Notes under the pieces: model-generated | What the model was told of the DNA's origin: nothing | The model's database searches: none | Seen by the model: only the letters and a program-made list of their open reading frames with translations | In this document: positions 27,561 through 41,875 of the stretch, one piece after another | How positions within the stretch are numbered: the stretch's first letter is position 1 | How the letters are laid out: each line of letters starts with the position of its first letter | Translations under genes and position numbers: made by a program | Sequence record: PQ898399.1 | Reading direction: 5' to 3' (one strand) | Length of the DNA stretch: 64,000 nt

Positions 27561-28843
27561 TAGTCTTCAATGATGATTTTTGGTAACTTAACACCAAGAA
27601 GAACTGATAAATCAGAACGTCCTGCCATCTTATCCATATCCCCGCCATCAATGATTCGAGCTTCCTTTTCATCTTTAGCTACAGTATACGGGTTAGCAGA
27701 CAGTGCATAACGAACGAGTAAAGCTACAGAAGGCTGTAAGCTTTCTGGGTCAACAATTACTTTAAATGCACCAACGTGTTCCGGGTCATCAAGGTCGATA
27801 CCTTCAGTGTATGGAGCATAGAAAATACTCGATACAACTTCTTTATCACCAATATCTTCTACTACACCAACAATTACATAATCAAGTGGAGTGTTAGTAT
27901 CGCAATACAGAGGCAAACCGTTTGCCAGGAAACCATAAGCATTCTCTGATAGATATTCATCATCTCCAGCTTGATGTTTCAACCAACCTGATGCAGCAAG
28001 AACAGCGGCAGCACGAGTAGATGCTACAGCGAATGTTGCTGTAAAGGATGTTGAGCGCTGAATATGAGAAACCATTTCGCATACCATGCGATACAGAGAA
28101 CGACCAGCTTCTGGGGCAGATGCATAAGATAAATCGATGAATCCAGTATCTGTGATACCTTCAACTTTATATCGTTTTGAAACTGTCACAAGACTTTGTA
28201 AAATGTCTTTGTTAATTTCATCGGCCATTTCAGTAGCCAGTAAATCATCGATAAAATTAGAAGCATCAAAGCCGTTAGCTTCAAGGTCCTGGGCCAATTC
28301 AACAGTCAAACTCGTTTTAAGTTTACGAGATTTAACCTGAGTCTGCCATTTATCAATTTGGAATTTAGCTTCAGCGATATCAGCTCCAGCAGTTTCAAAC
28401 TTGGAAGTGATAGCAGCATCAGACATTAAACGAGTAGTGAGTTTAACCAGAGAAATCTGAATTACAACTTCTAAATCAGTTTCAGTAATCTGGTCAAATG
28501 GATTATCTACAAGTACTTTGTAAACAATGTCATTGTATTTGAATAAATCGCCCTTGCCAAATGAATCTTTATTTGAAGCAGTTAATGTTTCAATAGACTT
28601 ACGGTCCTCAGTACCAGTTTGACCTGCGTAGGTAGCACCAGTAAGGAACGTTAATTCTTTGTTAGGGTTCAAATATTTGATACCATAGAAAGCAGCAGTA
28701 GGTTGAGTAGTACGCTGAGTAGCTACAATATCAGAGTAAATTAATTTAGTAGTAGCGCGAGTCAATGCAACGAGGCTAGGACGGGCAGAAATTGAACTCG
28801 TCGTTGTAGTTGATTCGCGCAGAAGGTCATGGATGTTAGCCAT
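27560..28843 (-). CDS. 24: Capsid vertex protein
   Basis: 427 aa; LLRESTTTTSS..RPSLVALTRATTKLIY. Confidence 0.97.
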   Translation of the reverse strand: MANIHDLLRESTTTTSSISARPSLVALTRATTKLIYSDIVATQRTTQPTAAFYGIKYLNPNKELTFLTGATYAGQTGTEDRKSIETLTASNKDSFGKGDLFKYNDIVYKVLVDNPFDQITETDLEVVIQISLVKLTTRLMSDAAITSKFETAGADIAEAKFQIDKWQTQVKSRKLKTSLTVELAQDLEANGFDASNFIDDLLATEMADEINKDILQSLVTVSKRYKVEGITDTGFIDLSYASAPEAGRSLYRMVCEMVSHIQRSTSFTATFAVASTRAAAVLAASGWLKHQAGDDEYLSENAYGFLANGLPLYCDTNTPLDYVIVGVVEDIGDKEVVSSIFYAPYTEGIDLDDPEHVGAFKVIVDPESLQPSVALLVRYALSANPYTVAKDEKEARIIDGGDMDKMAGRSDLSVLLGVKLPKIIIED

Positions 28844-28896
28844 CGTCGCTTTTCCTCTAGTGGATTATACTTTTATTTATCATCCGTAGAAACAAC

Positions 28897-28920
28897 AATG
28901 GGAGCCTTGCGGCTCCCATT
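28897..28920 (-). terminator. Terminator after gene 23
   Basis: AATGGGAGCC-GCAA-GGCTCCCATT on the minus strand. Confidence 0.85.
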
Positions 28921-28928
28921 TAATTGGA

Positions 28929-30491
28929 TTACAGACCTTTAACCCAGATGCGACGGAAGTACGCGTTCTTACCAACGGAGTTGACGATAGAAGGCATACC
29001 AGACTGAATGCGAGCATTCGGCTGCTGTGATGCACTATCAGCAAACGGGTTGATACCAATACCGTAACGGGTTTTGAACCCCATGACCGGCTGGAAGTTT
29101 TTCGGGTCGGAACCACGCAGTGGAGTCAGAGCAACGTATGGAGCGTAGTAGATACCAGCATCCATCTCGTTAGCACCTTTGTAACCAATGGTGAAGTAGT
29201 CCTGACGAGCGTACTGGTCGATGTATACTTTATAACGACCGCCCAGAATACCTGCGAACACAGTCTTAGTGGTATCAGCGTTGAAGCCTTGACCCAGACC
29301 CTGAGCAGCAGGAGTAACGCCAGTGTCAACAGCTGCCAGAGCGTTAACTACGTTACGAGAAGCGATGATGAAGTTACCAGCACCACGACCAGTCTGACGT
29401 GCGATTTCAGCAGCTTCTTTATCGATTTGGAACAGAAGAGCTTTGAAGCTTTCACCTGCCCAACGAGCGCCACGAATATCTACTGGGTCCTGGAAGTCAA
29501 ATACACCAGCTTTAGAACCAACGGTCTGAGTCATACCGGTTTTACCCAGTTGCGCAGAGTAGTTAATCCAGTCTACAACTTCACGGTTGATTTCCAGCAT
29601 GATTTCGGTAGCCAGAATACCAGACAGTTCAGCATCTGCATCCATACCGTGAACAGCACGTAAGTCTTGAGCCAGTTCAATAGAGTACTGAGCTTTCAGC
29701 TGACGGGATTTAGCTTCGATAACTTGCTTATCGATACGGAAGCCCATTTCATTCCATGGGTTGTCAGTAGAACCGTTGAAGTTCTCCTGCAGTTCCGCAA
29801 CAGAGGTAGCCATACCTTCAGCGATTTCTACCAGCTGACCAGCTTCTTCAGCAGCTTTAACTGCTTTATCCAGTTTTTCAGCATCGGTAGCAGTAGCGTC
29901 TACAGTGAAACCTTCAGCAACCTGGAAGTAAGCGCGACCAACATCAGCGAAATCATGAACTACGATAGTACCAACAGTCAGAACATCGGAAGCTTTAACA
30001 GCTGCGAATTTCTGAGCAGCACCCTGACCAGAGAACATTGCATCTGGAGCGTACATTGGGTGGAATGCTTCTTTAGCACCAGCGGCCAGAGGGTCTTTAC
30101 CGTAAACAGCACGCAGAGCGAATACCTGTCCGGTTGGAGAACTCATTGGCTGAACACCGCAGATGTCGAAAGCAATCAGGTTAGGAATTGCACGACGTAC
30201 CATGCCCATAACAGCTGGTCCAATCTGAGTTACTGCGCCTGATGTCTGGCCAGCAGCGATGTTTTGAGCATCATAACCGTGGTCACCACCAATTTCTGCT
30301 TCAGTCAGGAACGAACCAAATGCTTCAGCGATTTTTTCATCACGGAATGCAGGTTCAGTTTTAATAGCTGATTCCTGGTTTTCCATGATTTTTGCAATCA
30401 GAGCTTTTTTACCAGCACCAACGATTTCAGGCAGTGCTTCGTTCTCAAGCAGCGGAGTCCATTTTTCTACTAACGGATTAATCTTTTTCAT
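28929..30491 (-). CDS. 23: Major capsid protein
   Basis: FLTEAEIGGDHGY, VRRAIPNLIAFDICGVQPM, YFRRIWVKGL. Confidence 0.99.
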   Translation of the reverse strand: MKKINPLVEKWTPLLENEALPEIVGAGKKALIAKIMENQESAIKTEPAFRDEKIAEAFGSFLTEAEIGGDHGYDAQNIAAGQTSGAVTQIGPAVMGMVRRAIPNLIAFDICGVQPMSSPTGQVFALRAVYGKDPLAAGAKEAFHPMYAPDAMFSGQGAAQKFAAVKASDVLTVGTIVVHDFADVGRAYFQVAEGFTVDATATDAEKLDKAVKAAEEAGQLVEIAEGMATSVAELQENFNGSTDNPWNEMGFRIDKQVIEAKSRQLKAQYSIELAQDLRAVHGMDADAELSGILATEIMLEINREVVDWINYSAQLGKTGMTQTVGSKAGVFDFQDPVDIRGARWAGESFKALLFQIDKEAAEIARQTGRGAGNFIIASRNVVNALAAVDTGVTPAAQGLGQGFNADTTKTVFAGILGGRYKVYIDQYARQDYFTIGYKGANEMDAGIYYAPYVALTPLRGSDPKNFQPVMGFKTRYGIGINPFADSASQQPNARIQSGMPSIVNSVGKNAYFRRIWVKGL

Positions 30492-30513
30492 GTGTTTTAT
30501 AACCTTTTAAAAA

Positions 30514-31329
30514 TTAAGAAAGACGTGCCGCAGAGGCTACGTATGCGTCCATCATCGATGGCTGTTTTGATACTTTTTCTTCTGGCTCAATGTGTTCTTC
30601 AGTAATGAAGTTGAGACCGTCAGCATCATTGTCGGTAGTATTTATGCTTTCATTTACTACCTCTTTCTCGACGGAGCCTTTAACCATTTCGACGATGGCA
30701 GACAGCTTACTTGAGAATTCGTCGGAATATTCCATACCTTCGGTCAGAGAAGCTACTTTCTCTTTCTGAACGTCGGTCAAGTCTTTAGTTGATTCCATTA
30801 CAGCGCTTTCACGCAGCATGGTATTAATTTTTTCGTCGCGAGCAGAAATACCTTCGAACAGATTGCTGATTTCTTCACGAGCTTCAGCCAGTTCTTCTTC
30901 CATTTCAGCAACTACATCAACTGATTCTTCTGGCAGAACAACGTTGTGTTCAACGAACAGTTCTTTCATACCAGCGAACATGGATTCAAACAGTTCAGCT
31001 TTGATGCCTTTATCAACAGCCAGTTTGTTTTCGTTCATCCATTCTTGAGCGATGTGATTGAAGAAACGTGAAGCATGTTCGGTCAGTTTCTTTTCAGCTT
31101 TTTCTTCGGCTTCTTCTTTAGCGTCTTTCAGCTTTTCGTCAGCCATTTCAGCAATTTTGGTAATGTGGGATTCAGCCAATTCAACGGCATGTTTCTTTAC
31201 AGTTGCTTCGAATACAGTTTCGAACTTCGCTTTTACTTCCGGAGAAAGCTCGACCGATTCGAAAATACTGTCCACAGCTACGGTAGCTTCAATATTCTGA
31301 GCTTCCTGGAGCAGGATGTCTTTCAGCAT
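30514..31329 (-). CDS. 22: Prohead core scaffold protein
   Basis: MLKDILLQEAQNI; acidic coiled coil; synteny. Confidence 0.95.
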   Translation of the reverse strand: MLKDILLQEAQNIEATVAVDSIFESVELSPEVKAKFETVFEATVKKHAVELAESHITKIAEMADEKLKDAKEEAEEKAEKKLTEHASRFFNHIAQEWMNENKLAVDKGIKAELFESMFAGMKELFVEHNVVLPEESVDVVAEMEEELAEAREEISNLFEGISARDEKINTMLRESAVMESTKDLTDVQKEKVASLTEGMEYSDEFSSKLSAIVEMVKGSVEKEVVNESINTTDNDADGLNFITEEHIEPEEKVSKQPSMMDAYVASAARLS

Positions 31330-31359
31330 TTTGTTAGTCCTGTTGTTAAGTTACATTAT

Positions 31360-31367
31360 TATTTATA
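31360..31367 (-). promoter_or_regulatory. Late promoter for 22/23
   Basis: TATAAATA on the minus strand. Confidence 0.8.
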
Positions 31368-32004
31368 ATGCTTTTTCGAGACTCTCTACGAGAGCTTTAA
31401 ATGACTCATCGTCATTCTTTTTGGCGACTTGCGCCTCAGCGGATTCCGAAATCTGCTTCGGAGTTACCCAAGCATCTGGTGCAGAAGGTCCCCACACAGC
31501 ATCAACGCCAACGGTGAGTTTAAATCCTTCGTTTACGATACGGTAGCCTTTATTGGTTTCCGTTAATGAGCCTAGTCCACGACTAGATACTCCAGGAATC
31601 CAGCCAGCACGAATGTTTGCAGCGAGTTTATCTCCAGGACCATGGTCACCTTCAATAATACGAGCTCGTCCATAAACATCGTTTCCTTTCCACCACATAT
31701 CTTCGATGATGATTGCGGCTTGCATCGGGTCAACGTTAGCACGTGGTGGGTGATTTAATTCTCCAAGTGCTTGTTTAGTAGAAACCTGCTCTTTAATATA
31801 ATTAGCTACGGCTTTTTCCAATACTCTCTTTGGATAAAGACGCTTGTTTCGGTTAACTACTTCGGCTTGCATGAACACGCCTTCGATGTATAATCCAGGT
31901 TTTAGCCCTGCATCTGAGCCATCGTATGACTCAAGCATCGGTACGCCATTCAAAATTTCGCCGGGTTGACCCCAATGCTCAATGAGTAATTGGGGTTCAT
32001 TCAT
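31363..32004 (-). CDS. 21: Prohead protease
   Basis: VNRNKRLYP, GELNHP, GVSSRGLG. Confidence 0.97.
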   Translation of the reverse strand: MNEPQLLIEHWGQPGEILNGVPMLESYDGSDAGLKPGLYIEGVFMQAEVVNRNKRLYPKRVLEKAVANYIKEQVSTKQALGELNHPPRANVDPMQAAIIIEDMWWKGNDVYGRARIIEGDHGPGDKLAANIRAGWIPGVSSRGLGSLTETNKGYRIVNEGFKLTVGVDAVWGPSAPDAWVTPKQISESAEAQVAKKNDDESFKALVESLEKAL

Positions 32005-32429
32005 TAGCTTAATCCTAACGCCTGACGACGTTTCATAGCTTTCTTACGTTTGCGGTTGCCTCGTACAGTACCAGACGGATTAGCGCGTTTGGACTTAACG
32101 ACTTTTCGAGCGATAGCGCGACGTTTAGCTTTAGATAAACCAGTTGTTTGGAATGCTTGGCGCTCGCGGGTTTTACGGTCTTTAGTACGCGTAATTTCTC
32201 CACGAGAAGAAACATGCTTAACGATAAATTCATTGAGCTGCATTTCTTCATTCAGTGAACCCATAGCAATTGCTACTTCAGGTTCAATTGGCAACATGTT
32301 TTCTACAATTGTATTTATGTCTGCTTTATCGAGAGCTTCTGACAACTGCTTAAAACGAGATTCGGCTTCAGGAATAGCTGCTTCGATGTTTTCAAGTACG
32401 ACTTCGTACTCATCAGGAACAATCAGCAT
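32004..32429 (-). CDS. 68: Prohead core protein
   Basis: [12 protein letters not shown]; basic C-terminus. Confidence 0.93.
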   Translation of the reverse strand: MLIVPDEYEVVLENIEAAIPEAESRFKQLSEALDKADINTIVENMLPIEPEVAIAMGSLNEEMQLNEFIVKHVSSRGEITRTKDRKTRERQAFQTTGLSKAKRRAIARKVVKSKRANPSGTVRGNRKRKKAMKRRQALGLS

Positions 32430-32438
32430 TGCGACTCC

Positions 32439-32687
32439 TTATTCTTCGTCTTCGTCTTCAGAATCTTTTTCATCTTTAGATTCAGGTTTTTCTTTACCTT
32501 CATCTTTAGAATCATCATTCTCGTCTTCGTCGTCTTCTTTTTCTTCGCCTTCAATCATAATAGATTGGGCAATCTCAACACGACGTTGGCTAATCAAATC
32601 AGCGGTCTGTTCAAGCATAATAGCACCAAAGGCTTTCTTAGCTTTAACGAGGTCGTTGGATTTGAGTGCGGAGATGAAATCTTCCAT
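32439..32687 (-). CDS. 67: Prohead core protein
   Basis: ALKSNDLVKAKK; acidic tail. Confidence 0.92.
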   Translation of the reverse strand: MEDFISALKSNDLVKAKKAFGAIMLEQTADLISQRRVEIAQSIMIEGEEKEDDEDENDDSKDEGKEKPESKDEKDSEDEDEE

Positions 32688-34252
32688 TAGAAATCCTCTT
32701 GTTCTTGGTCTGGGTCTTGGAAACGAGCCTCTTTAGACTCTAGCTCAATTTGCTTAGCCTCTTGGTCAATTTGTTCATCAGTCATTTGAAGAATAGTCTT
32801 CATTGCAGTCTGATGAGAAATATACTTACCGATAAACGGTTCGGCCATTTGAAGCATATTGAATCTGCGTTCAGTGACTTCAGCATCTTTAAGTTCAGTG
32901 AAGTAACTGTCACGATGAAATACTATCTTAATGTTATTTATTTCATCTTTCCAATCATCTTCGCTCATTACGCCTTTCAAAATAAGGTTTGTTTTAAGAG
33001 GGTCGAGGAAAATTTCTTCAAACTTATGCTGCAGTTCACGAATGAATTTAGCAAATTGTAACTCGTCACGTGTAATTCCAGTTCCAGCATCAAACTGAAC
33101 TCCACTTTGTTGGTCATTCGGGATACGAGACAGTGGAACACGTAATGCTTGGTAAAGGTTGTTCTTGAACCAACGGACATCGTCCATTTCGTTCATGCCT
33201 GAAGCACCAGGCATATTATCAATTTCAGTAACAGCTTTACCATCGCGGCGCTGTAACCAATAATCTTCTGTCATTGACATATTGTGCTGCTGGTTTTTAA
33301 TTTTACCAGTAGACGCATCATATACCACACGGTTTTTCATGGTGTTCATGATGTGTTGCATATGAGCAGCAGCTTTACGGGAAGGCATGTTCCCTGTGTC
33401 AATGTAAAATACTCGACGGTCTGGCGCACGTGTAATACGATAAATCACCATTGCGTCTTCAAGCAGTTTAAGCTGGTTAGCAGGTTTAACAGCTCGGTGC
33501 AAATAACCGATGATGTTTCTTCCTGAACAATCAACTAATCCAGAGTGTGCATAAACAACTGCAGCCTTTGGAATTTTAATTTTTGTTCCAGCGTCGTAAA
33601 TTCGACCGTCACATTGATAAGACTCGTGACCGGTGTTATAAACGAAATATTCTTTGTAGCCTTTAACAATTTTCACGCCCGCTTCAGTGTCAGTGATAAC
33701 TTCACGAACGAACTGAATATTGCGAGGGTCTAAACGACGAAGCTCTTGAATACCTTCTTTCGGTTTTTTAGGGTTAATAATTTTATGGAAGAAGATACGA
33801 GAATCGACATACCAGCGACGGAAATGGTCAAGACCCTTTCTTTCAAAATTCAGACAAGTAAGAACTTCGTTAAATTCTTCTTGTAAACGGTCTTTAATCG
33901 CCTGGCTAAAATCAGTGTTATCTAAATCCAATGAAACCACTGGATGATCATCTTCGTATACAATTGCATCTAAGACGATTTCTTGGACAGCGTTATCTAC
34001 TTCGTAGTTATTCATTAACTGACGGTAAGTATCGATAAGCTCCCTGGTGTTTTTCATTCCCGGTTCATTTTGACCGTACATTCTCTGGAATAATCCAGCG
34101 CCTGCAATGTCTCCACGTTCCGATTCAATCTCTGTCGCGCCGTCATCAAATTTAGGGGCCGTGATAGACTCTAAATTATTATTTAGCTGCTGGTCGTATT
34201 CCTGTTCGTCGACTTTGGCCCACGGCGCGAACAAACTTAAGACGTCAAATTT
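32687..34252 (-). CDS. 20: Portal vertex protein
   Basis: [29 protein letters not shown]. Confidence 0.98.
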   Translation of the reverse strand, partial: KFDVLSLFAPWAKVDEQEYDQQLNNNLESITAPKFDDGATEIESERGDIAGAGLFQRMYGQNEPGMKNTRELIDTYRQLMNNYEVDNAVQEIVLDAIVYEDDHPVVSLDLDNTDFSQAIKDRLQEEFNEVLTCLNFERKGLDHFRRWYVDSRIFFHKIINPKKPKEGIQELRRLDPRNIQFVREVITDTEAGVKIVKGYKEYFVYNTGHESYQCDGRIYDAGTKIKIPKAAVVYAHSGLVDCSGRNIIGYLHRAVKPANQLKLLEDAMVIYRITRAPDRRVFYIDTGNMPSRKAAAHMQHIMNTMKNRVVYDASTGKIKNQQHNMSMTEDYWLQRRDGKAVTEIDNMPGASGMNEMDDVRWFKNNLYQALRVPLSRIPNDQQSGVQFDAGTGITRDELQFAKFIRELQHKFEEIFLDPLKTNLILKGVMSEDDWKDEINNIKIVFHRDSYFTELKDAEVTERRFNMLQMAEPFIGKYISHQTAMKTILQMTDEQIDQEAKQIELESKEARFQDPDQEQEDF

Positions 34253-34287
34253 CATTAGAGTCTCCAATAAGGGTTAAAGCATACTAA

Positions 34288-34310
34288 TATTTATATGGGC
34301 CCGAAGGCCC
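34288..34310 (-). promoter_or_regulatory. UUCG hairpin plus late promoter for gene 20
   Basis: GGGCC-TTCG-GGCCC on - (34297-34310); TATAAATA on - (34288-34295). Confidence 0.8.
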
Positions 34311-34315
34311 ACATT

Positions 34316-34807
34316 TTACAACCACCAGTCGAGACAGAATGTTACTTCAAAGGTCTCAACTTCGTTGTTTGAATCCCAGTCGAGCTGGACTTCACCAACG
34401 TTAGTTGGCCAAACGCCCGTAATTTCAATTTCACGAGTAATTGTTTTACTATCACGTGCGAATTGACGGACAATTGCTTTTTTCTTATACTCTGCAGGCG
34501 AGCCACCAGTAATTTCATTACCCTGACCTGCTGCAATACCCTGCCATTCAACAATAGCTTGACGAGTATTATGAGCGTCATCATTATAGATAGTCACGGT
34601 CCAATCGTCGAATGTACGGTCACCGGCAACGTTAAGTTTACGGTTCATATAACCGACCGGAATTTTTTCAACGATACCAGCAGGCAGTGGAGCTGCTTTA
34701 CATTTGAAGCTGAAGTTCTTACCGAGATAAGGAATTTCTACCTCAAACAAGTTAGGACGCGCGAAATCACCGGATTCAAATGCACGAGTTAAATCTGTAA
34801 GTTCCAT
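34316..34807 (-). CDS. 19: Tail tube protein
   Basis: RAFESGDFARPNLF; 163 aa. Confidence 0.98.
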   Translation of the reverse strand: MELTDLTRAFESGDFARPNLFEVEIPYLGKNFSFKCKAAPLPAGIVEKIPVGYMNRKLNVAGDRTFDDWTVTIYNDDAHNTRQAIVEWQGIAAGQGNEITGGSPAEYKKKAIVRQFARDSKTITREIEITGVWPTNVGEVQLDWDSNNEVETFEVTFCLDWWL

Positions 34808-34821
34808 GTGAGTTCCTGTTA

Positions 34822-34829
34822 TATTTATA
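34822..34829 (-). promoter_or_regulatory. Late promoter for gene 19
   Basis: TATAAATA on the minus strand. Confidence 0.8.
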
Positions 34830-34924
34830 CCGCTCTGATTCGCCAGAGCGGCCGAGATGAATTAGTTTTCCTAAGATGATTGTATTTATGGACCTCCTCT
34901 CGAAGGTCCCTAAGTGTCTTAGAA

Positions 34925-36907
34925 TTATTGAGCTTGCGGTCCAATCAGTTCATCGAAATCAGCACCCGTAGCAGTAGCAACGAAGTTCAGAGTGATGTAG
35001 TTGATAGAACGAGCTGGCTTGATGTAGAACGATGCAACAAATTCATTGCGGTCGATTACAGCAGGCGTGTTGTTCGTAGTATCACATACCACACGGAATT
35101 CATATACACCACCCAGAGATTTAATTCCAGACAGGTACTGAGAAGTTTCCATACGGAAGCTTGAACGAGTGAAGTTGTCGTTCATCTCGAACAGACGATA
35201 TTTAGAAGCGTTTCCAATATTCGTTTTCAGCATGTTGAACAGACGACGTACGTTGATGCGGTCAAACGGAGTAGGAACTTTGGTTGCAGTCTTATCGCCG
35301 AACAGAACGAATCCGTCACCACCGGTGCCAGTAACAGGGTTAATTGCTTCCTGATACAGACGGTCACGTTGGCTCTGACGAGGTTCGATTGCCAATTTAA
35401 TGACGTTCAGAATCTGTCCACGGTTATAACCAGCTGGAGACATCCAAGGTTGACTGACATTATCAGTACGAGCACACAGACCAGCCATATCAGCAGCTAA
35501 CGGAACCCAACGGTTAACATCATTGTATTTGTCATACTGATATTTGTAGTTACCGTCGATAGATGCGTAAGTAGAACTGATGTTCATATTTGCATCTGCA
35601 TAAGTTCCAGTACCTGTACGCCAATCGACTAAGTTATCAATTGCACGAGTCAGAGGAATATTTACCAACACACTACGTGGAGGAGAAATAAGAGCCAGAC
35701 AGTCTTGACGTTCATCAGCAATTGATACTACGTGTTTTTGAACAGTAGATGCAAATTCGTCATCTTCACCAGCACATGCACCTGCAATCAAGAGATTAAC
35801 ATGCAGAGCTTCACGGTCAGCAAATAAATCCCATGCCTGCATTACATCACCAGCTGTAACTGATTCGTTTGCAGATACACCACCGGACAACTGAACAATA
35901 CCAGAGAATCCAGTTGGCCAGCCTTCAGCAGTAGCGAAGATATAATTGCTTGAACCCTTAGAGAAGAAATCATCAATGAAGATGTTATTTCCGTAAACGT
36001 CCTTAGAACCGCGTTTAGTTGAAAGAACAAAGCTTTCTACAATTGCTCCGTCACGACGAACGATAATGCAATATTGGTCATCTGACTGAGGACCGTATCC
36101 AAATACTGCACGAGCAGTAGAAACACGAGTTCCGCCAGCAGGGTAAATTGGAAGCTGTGTAGCAGCGCCCTGTTCAAATCCAGCTTTAGAAACAATTTCA
36201 ATTTCTAATTGAGAACCAAGTTCACCTGGATAAAGAGCAGCGATACCTGGCATGCCATAAGTTTTCAAAGCAGCTTGGAATTCGACCGAAGTCATTTGCT
36301 CAGTAGCAGTTTCTGGCTCAGTTAAAAGAACACCAGAATCAGTTACAATTTTTCCAACAGCCAGAGTTGCAGCTACACCAGAAGATGCAGAAGTAACTTC
36401 AGCAGTCCAGTTTGCTCCAAGGCCAGGGTATTGATTAATTGATTTTGCGTATGCAATAATTTTTGCGCTTGGTACTGAAACTGAAACAATACCACCGTTA
36501 CCATCAACCGCAGTAACTTTACCAGCTGATTCAATAACGTTTACGTTGTATTTAACTCGAACGGTATCGCCTACAGCATAGTTTGAACCCGCAGCAGAAA
36601 TGGTAATTTCAACGTTCCCAGCAATTGGAGATGAGTTTTTAGCTACTTCGCGATTTACTGCACGAGAAATACGAAGATCATTGCCATATTGCAGGAAGTT
36701 CATTGCTGACATGAAGTAATCAGCAGTTTCGCTATCTGGAGTGCCGAAAATATCGACTAATTCGACTTCGTTAGTCACTTGAACAACTTGACCAACCGGA
36801 CCCCACTGGAATTTACCAGCCAGGGCCGCACGCCCAGTAGCATTATTAACAATAGTGCTTTGTACACTAGTTTCTTTGAGCTCAACGCCCGGAGATAATA
36901 AAGCCAT
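34925..36907 (-). CDS. 18: Tail sheath protein
   Basis: LLSPGVELKET, FDRINVRRLF. Confidence 0.98.
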   Translation of the reverse strand: MALLSPGVELKETSVQSTIVNNATGRAALAGKFQWGPVGQVVQVTNEVELVDIFGTPDSETADYFMSAMNFLQYGNDLRISRAVNREVAKNSSPIAGNVEITISAAGSNYAVGDTVRVKYNVNVIESAGKVTAVDGNGGIVSVSVPSAKIIAYAKSINQYPGLGANWTAEVTSASSGVAATLAVGKIVTDSGVLLTEPETATEQMTSVEFQAALKTYGMPGIAALYPGELGSQLEIEIVSKAGFEQGAATQLPIYPAGGTRVSTARAVFGYGPQSDDQYCIIVRRDGAIVESFVLSTKRGSKDVYGNNIFIDDFFSKGSSNYIFATAEGWPTGFSGIVQLSGGVSANESVTAGDVMQAWDLFADREALHVNLLIAGACAGEDDEFASTVQKHVVSIADERQDCLALISPPRSVLVNIPLTRAIDNLVDWRTGTGTYADANMNISSTYASIDGNYKYQYDKYNDVNRWVPLAADMAGLCARTDNVSQPWMSPAGYNRGQILNVIKLAIEPRQSQRDRLYQEAINPVTGTGGDGFVLFGDKTATKVPTPFDRINVRRLFNMLKTNIGNASKYRLFEMNDNFTRSSFRMETSQYLSGIKSLGGVYEFRVVCDTTNNTPAVIDRNEFVASFYIKPARSINYITLNFVATATGADFDELIGPQAQ

Positions 36908-36937
36908 TAAGAATTCCTCTACATGTGTGCTTTAGTA

Positions 36938-39253
<2,316 letters not shown>

Positions 39254-39254
<1 letters not shown>

Positions 39255-40084
39255 TATACACCTCGTGGTCCAGGCGGTTCAGGCTCTTTTGGAATTGGAG
39301 TTGAATCGCTGTCATATTTCTGAATAGATTTTCCGTCCCAATCTTCAATTTCAACATCGCGCGGGTCTACTTCAGAATCCACAGATTCAAATACACCTTC
39401 ATTTACCAATTCACGACTGTTAGCATGGAAATCAAGATAAATTGTACGGATTTCACCACTTAAATCGAAAGCTGGAGGATAAAGCCAACCATTAACTTCA
39501 AACATGATGGACCATTCTAATCTTCTTCTAGATTGTTTGTCTCCATCGATTTGTTCGTCAATTGAAATAGATTGGAAAGTTATTCTTATATCTCTTTCAA
39601 ATGTAATTTCGTTTTCGAATAGTTCAGTCATTGTGGTGTTAAAATGAGGTTGGAAGTAGGGCATAATTTGCTCTACAATTTGAAACATATCGTCCTGGTG
39701 ACGAGTAAAAATTCCAAGCTCAAAAATCATTTTAATCGGAGTTGGGTTGTATTGAGAAATAGTCCCAGTCTTCGAATTAGGATTGCTCATTGCTGAACGA
39801 TTAAGTTGTCCAGTCTTATAAGTTGGGTTGTACATCATATCAACTAAATGAAGGTTGATACGTGGAAGAATTGTCTCTACTTTCGCAGGACCATCTTCGT
39901 TATTAACAGAAGTCCATTTATTCAGCTTCATCATAAAATGTTCTTTAGAAGCATAAGTAATTGGAACTCTGATATATGTCTTGCCTATGTCTTCGCGCAC
40001 TCTCTGAACTTGAATATTGGAGAACAAGTCACCCAGCATTAGGATGTATCTGCGCAAAGACGAGTTATAAAAATATCCGAACAT
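39254..40084 (-). CDS. 15: Tail sheath stabiliser / completion protein
   Basis: [13 protein letters not shown]. Confidence 0.96.
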
Positions 40085-40095
40085 TGTTTCTCCTA

Positions 40096-40134
40096 ACGGC
40101 TCCGAAGAGCCGTATATGCTTTTAACTATTTATA
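40096..40134 (-). promoter_or_regulatory. Late promoter and UUCG hairpin upstream of gene 15
   Basis: TATAAATA on - (40127-40134); ACGGCTC-TTCG-GAGCCGT on - (40096-40113). Confidence 0.75.
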
Positions 40135-40930
40135 GCATAAAACCATCATCAAATGGAGATGCTACATGGTTAGCAGGTGGTCTGTTTCTTGGTGGTTCTA
40201 CCTTAGGTGAACCGGTACCATTAACGACTTCATATTGCTTAACGTCTTTATCAGCTTCATCATTCATTTGGTCTACTTCTTGATACGGAACTTCATTGAT
40301 ATCAGAAAGACCATCTAATTCATGAATAGGGTCTAAATCAAGCTCACTGAATTCAGGAATGTTAATTCCATCATTACGCTGAAGCTCAGGTTTAAGCTGC
40401 TCGCCAGAGTAAATGAATTTTTCTGCTGTAATCTTACGAATAGCATTTCGTCCAGCTTGATAGAATGGGTCATACGGCTCTACCCAAGAAATTTCAAACA
40501 AGCTGTTGTCCATCGGAAAGTAAATTAAGTCTCCTTCCTTAGGTTCTTGCCCATTTACTTGATGCTTAAAGAGACCTGGGTTAATTGACAAAGTAACTTC
40601 ATCATTAACCTGCATTCCGAACTTGCTATAAAATGTATTTGCTCCTTCATAACCCTCAAATGAGTTAATGTAAGCTGCAAATTGCCAAGCTTTAGTGAAC
40701 TTGGACTGAAGGTCTTCACCAAAGACGTAGTCAGGTTTTACATATTCACGCGGAACATAGTAACATTTAACCCCACGCATTTGAATACTTTCAGCCACAA
40801 GAGTATCAAACAGAGCTTGGGTGTTAAAATGATTGTGGAAGTTCACATATGGATTGAGAACTTCCTCTTCATTAGTGCGTGAATAACCTGATTTGTTCTC
40901 GAGCTTCGCGAACAAATTTTTATTCATCAT
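40130..40930 (-). CDS. 14: Neck protein
   Basis: [23 protein letters not shown]. Confidence 0.96.
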   Translation of the reverse strand: MMNKNLFAKLENKSGYSRTNEEEVLNPYVNFHNHFNTQALFDTLVAESIQMRGVKCYYVPREYVKPDYVFGEDLQSKFTKAWQFAAYINSFEGYEGANTFYSKFGMQVNDEVTLSINPGLFKHQVNGQEPKEGDLIYFPMDNSLFEISWVEPYDPFYQAGRNAIRKITAEKFIYSGEQLKPELQRNDGINIPEFSELDLDPIHELDGLSDINEVPYQEVDQMNDEADKDVKQYEVVNGTGSPKVEPPRNRPPANHVASPFDDGFML

Positions 40931-41865
40931 CCTACAAGTACTCCTGTTGGAGGGTCAAGTAAGTAAAGCTGTTCTAAAGCATATTCTTTTTCTAATCGAG
41001 CTTCTTCAATTAAACGTTCACCATTTAATGTGACACCACCTGGAAGCTGCATGCCTTGGTGACGAGCTAATACTTGACCAAGTAATTCTTTTGCCAGAAT
41101 ATGAGCATAATCTTTTACCCAACGATTGTTATAAGAGCCTTGAACAATTGAAAGTTCTTCACCAGCCCTATATCCAGTCAAACGCTTATCTGGATTATCA
41201 TACACATCAGGAAGAGCCCAAGATGTTTCTGGGCCTGCTGTTCCATATCCAGCTTTATTTCCAACCATTTTGTCCACGTCAATATAAGATTTAGTCCAGC
41301 ATTCAACTACAATTACATCGCCTAACTGGAAGTTGCCCATAATTTTAAGCTGGCCGGTAGCATCGTTGAACCAAAAGTCTGGTAATGGAGCGAGCATGTC
41401 TTGCATCATTGACCAATAAGTTGTGAGCTGAGTAAAATAACCAAGGTCAGCTCCAAAGGCATTTGGCCCATAAGCTTTATTACAAGAGCTACCCATGCCA
41501 CCATTAATTCCAGCCATTCCTAATAGGAAATCAGTGAACCATGGATAAGTAGCATTACCGTCCATACTCGTTAATGAACCAACGTTAGTACGAACAATTT
41601 GCGTGACTGCGAAAATGTTGCGGTCTGAAAAATCAAACACACCGTTTTTGAATTGACCACGACCAATTTCGTCATCGCCAATGTGAATTACTTGATAGCC
41701 TTTGTTTAAGCCGTCATAATGATATTCACCGAATAGCTCTAAAGCTCGTTGGATACAATCATAAATCATATCTTCGGTTAATTCGACGTTAATGATTGGT
41801 GCACCAAGGCGGCGCAGAATAACGTCTTTAAGTTCTTTTGGATTTCGTGCGGTATTTGCGGCCAT
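40927..41865 (-). CDS. 13: Neck protein
   Basis: [22 protein letters not shown]. Confidence 0.96.
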   Translation of the reverse strand: MAANTARNPKELKDVILRRLGAPIINVELTEDMIYDCIQRALELFGEYHYDGLNKGYQVIHIGDDEIGRGQFKNGVFDFSDRNIFAVTQIVRTNVGSLTSMDGNATYPWFTDFLLGMAGINGGMGSSCNKAYGPNAFGADLGYFTQLTTYWSMMQDMLAPLPDFWFNDATGQLKIMGNFQLGDVIVVECWTKSYIDVDKMVGNKAGYGTAGPETSWALPDVYDNPDKRLTGYRAGEELSIVQGSYNNRWVKDYAHILAKELLGQVLARHQGMQLPGGVTLNGERLIEEARLEKEYALEQLYLLDPPTGVLVG

Positions 41866-41875
41866 ATAAACCTCT

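Noticed and set aside
29289-30242. Long + strand ORFs opposite gene 23
   Set aside because: Antisense shadows of a highly codon-biased gene.
32445-32560. TCTTCG/TCTT-rich low-complexity tract resembling a repeat array
   Set aside because: It encodes the acidic tail of Gp67; there is no repeat-spacer structure.
32050-32736. 228-aa + strand Ser-rich ORF
   Set aside because: Antisense to genes 68 and 67; poly-Ser mirrors their Glu/Asp codons.
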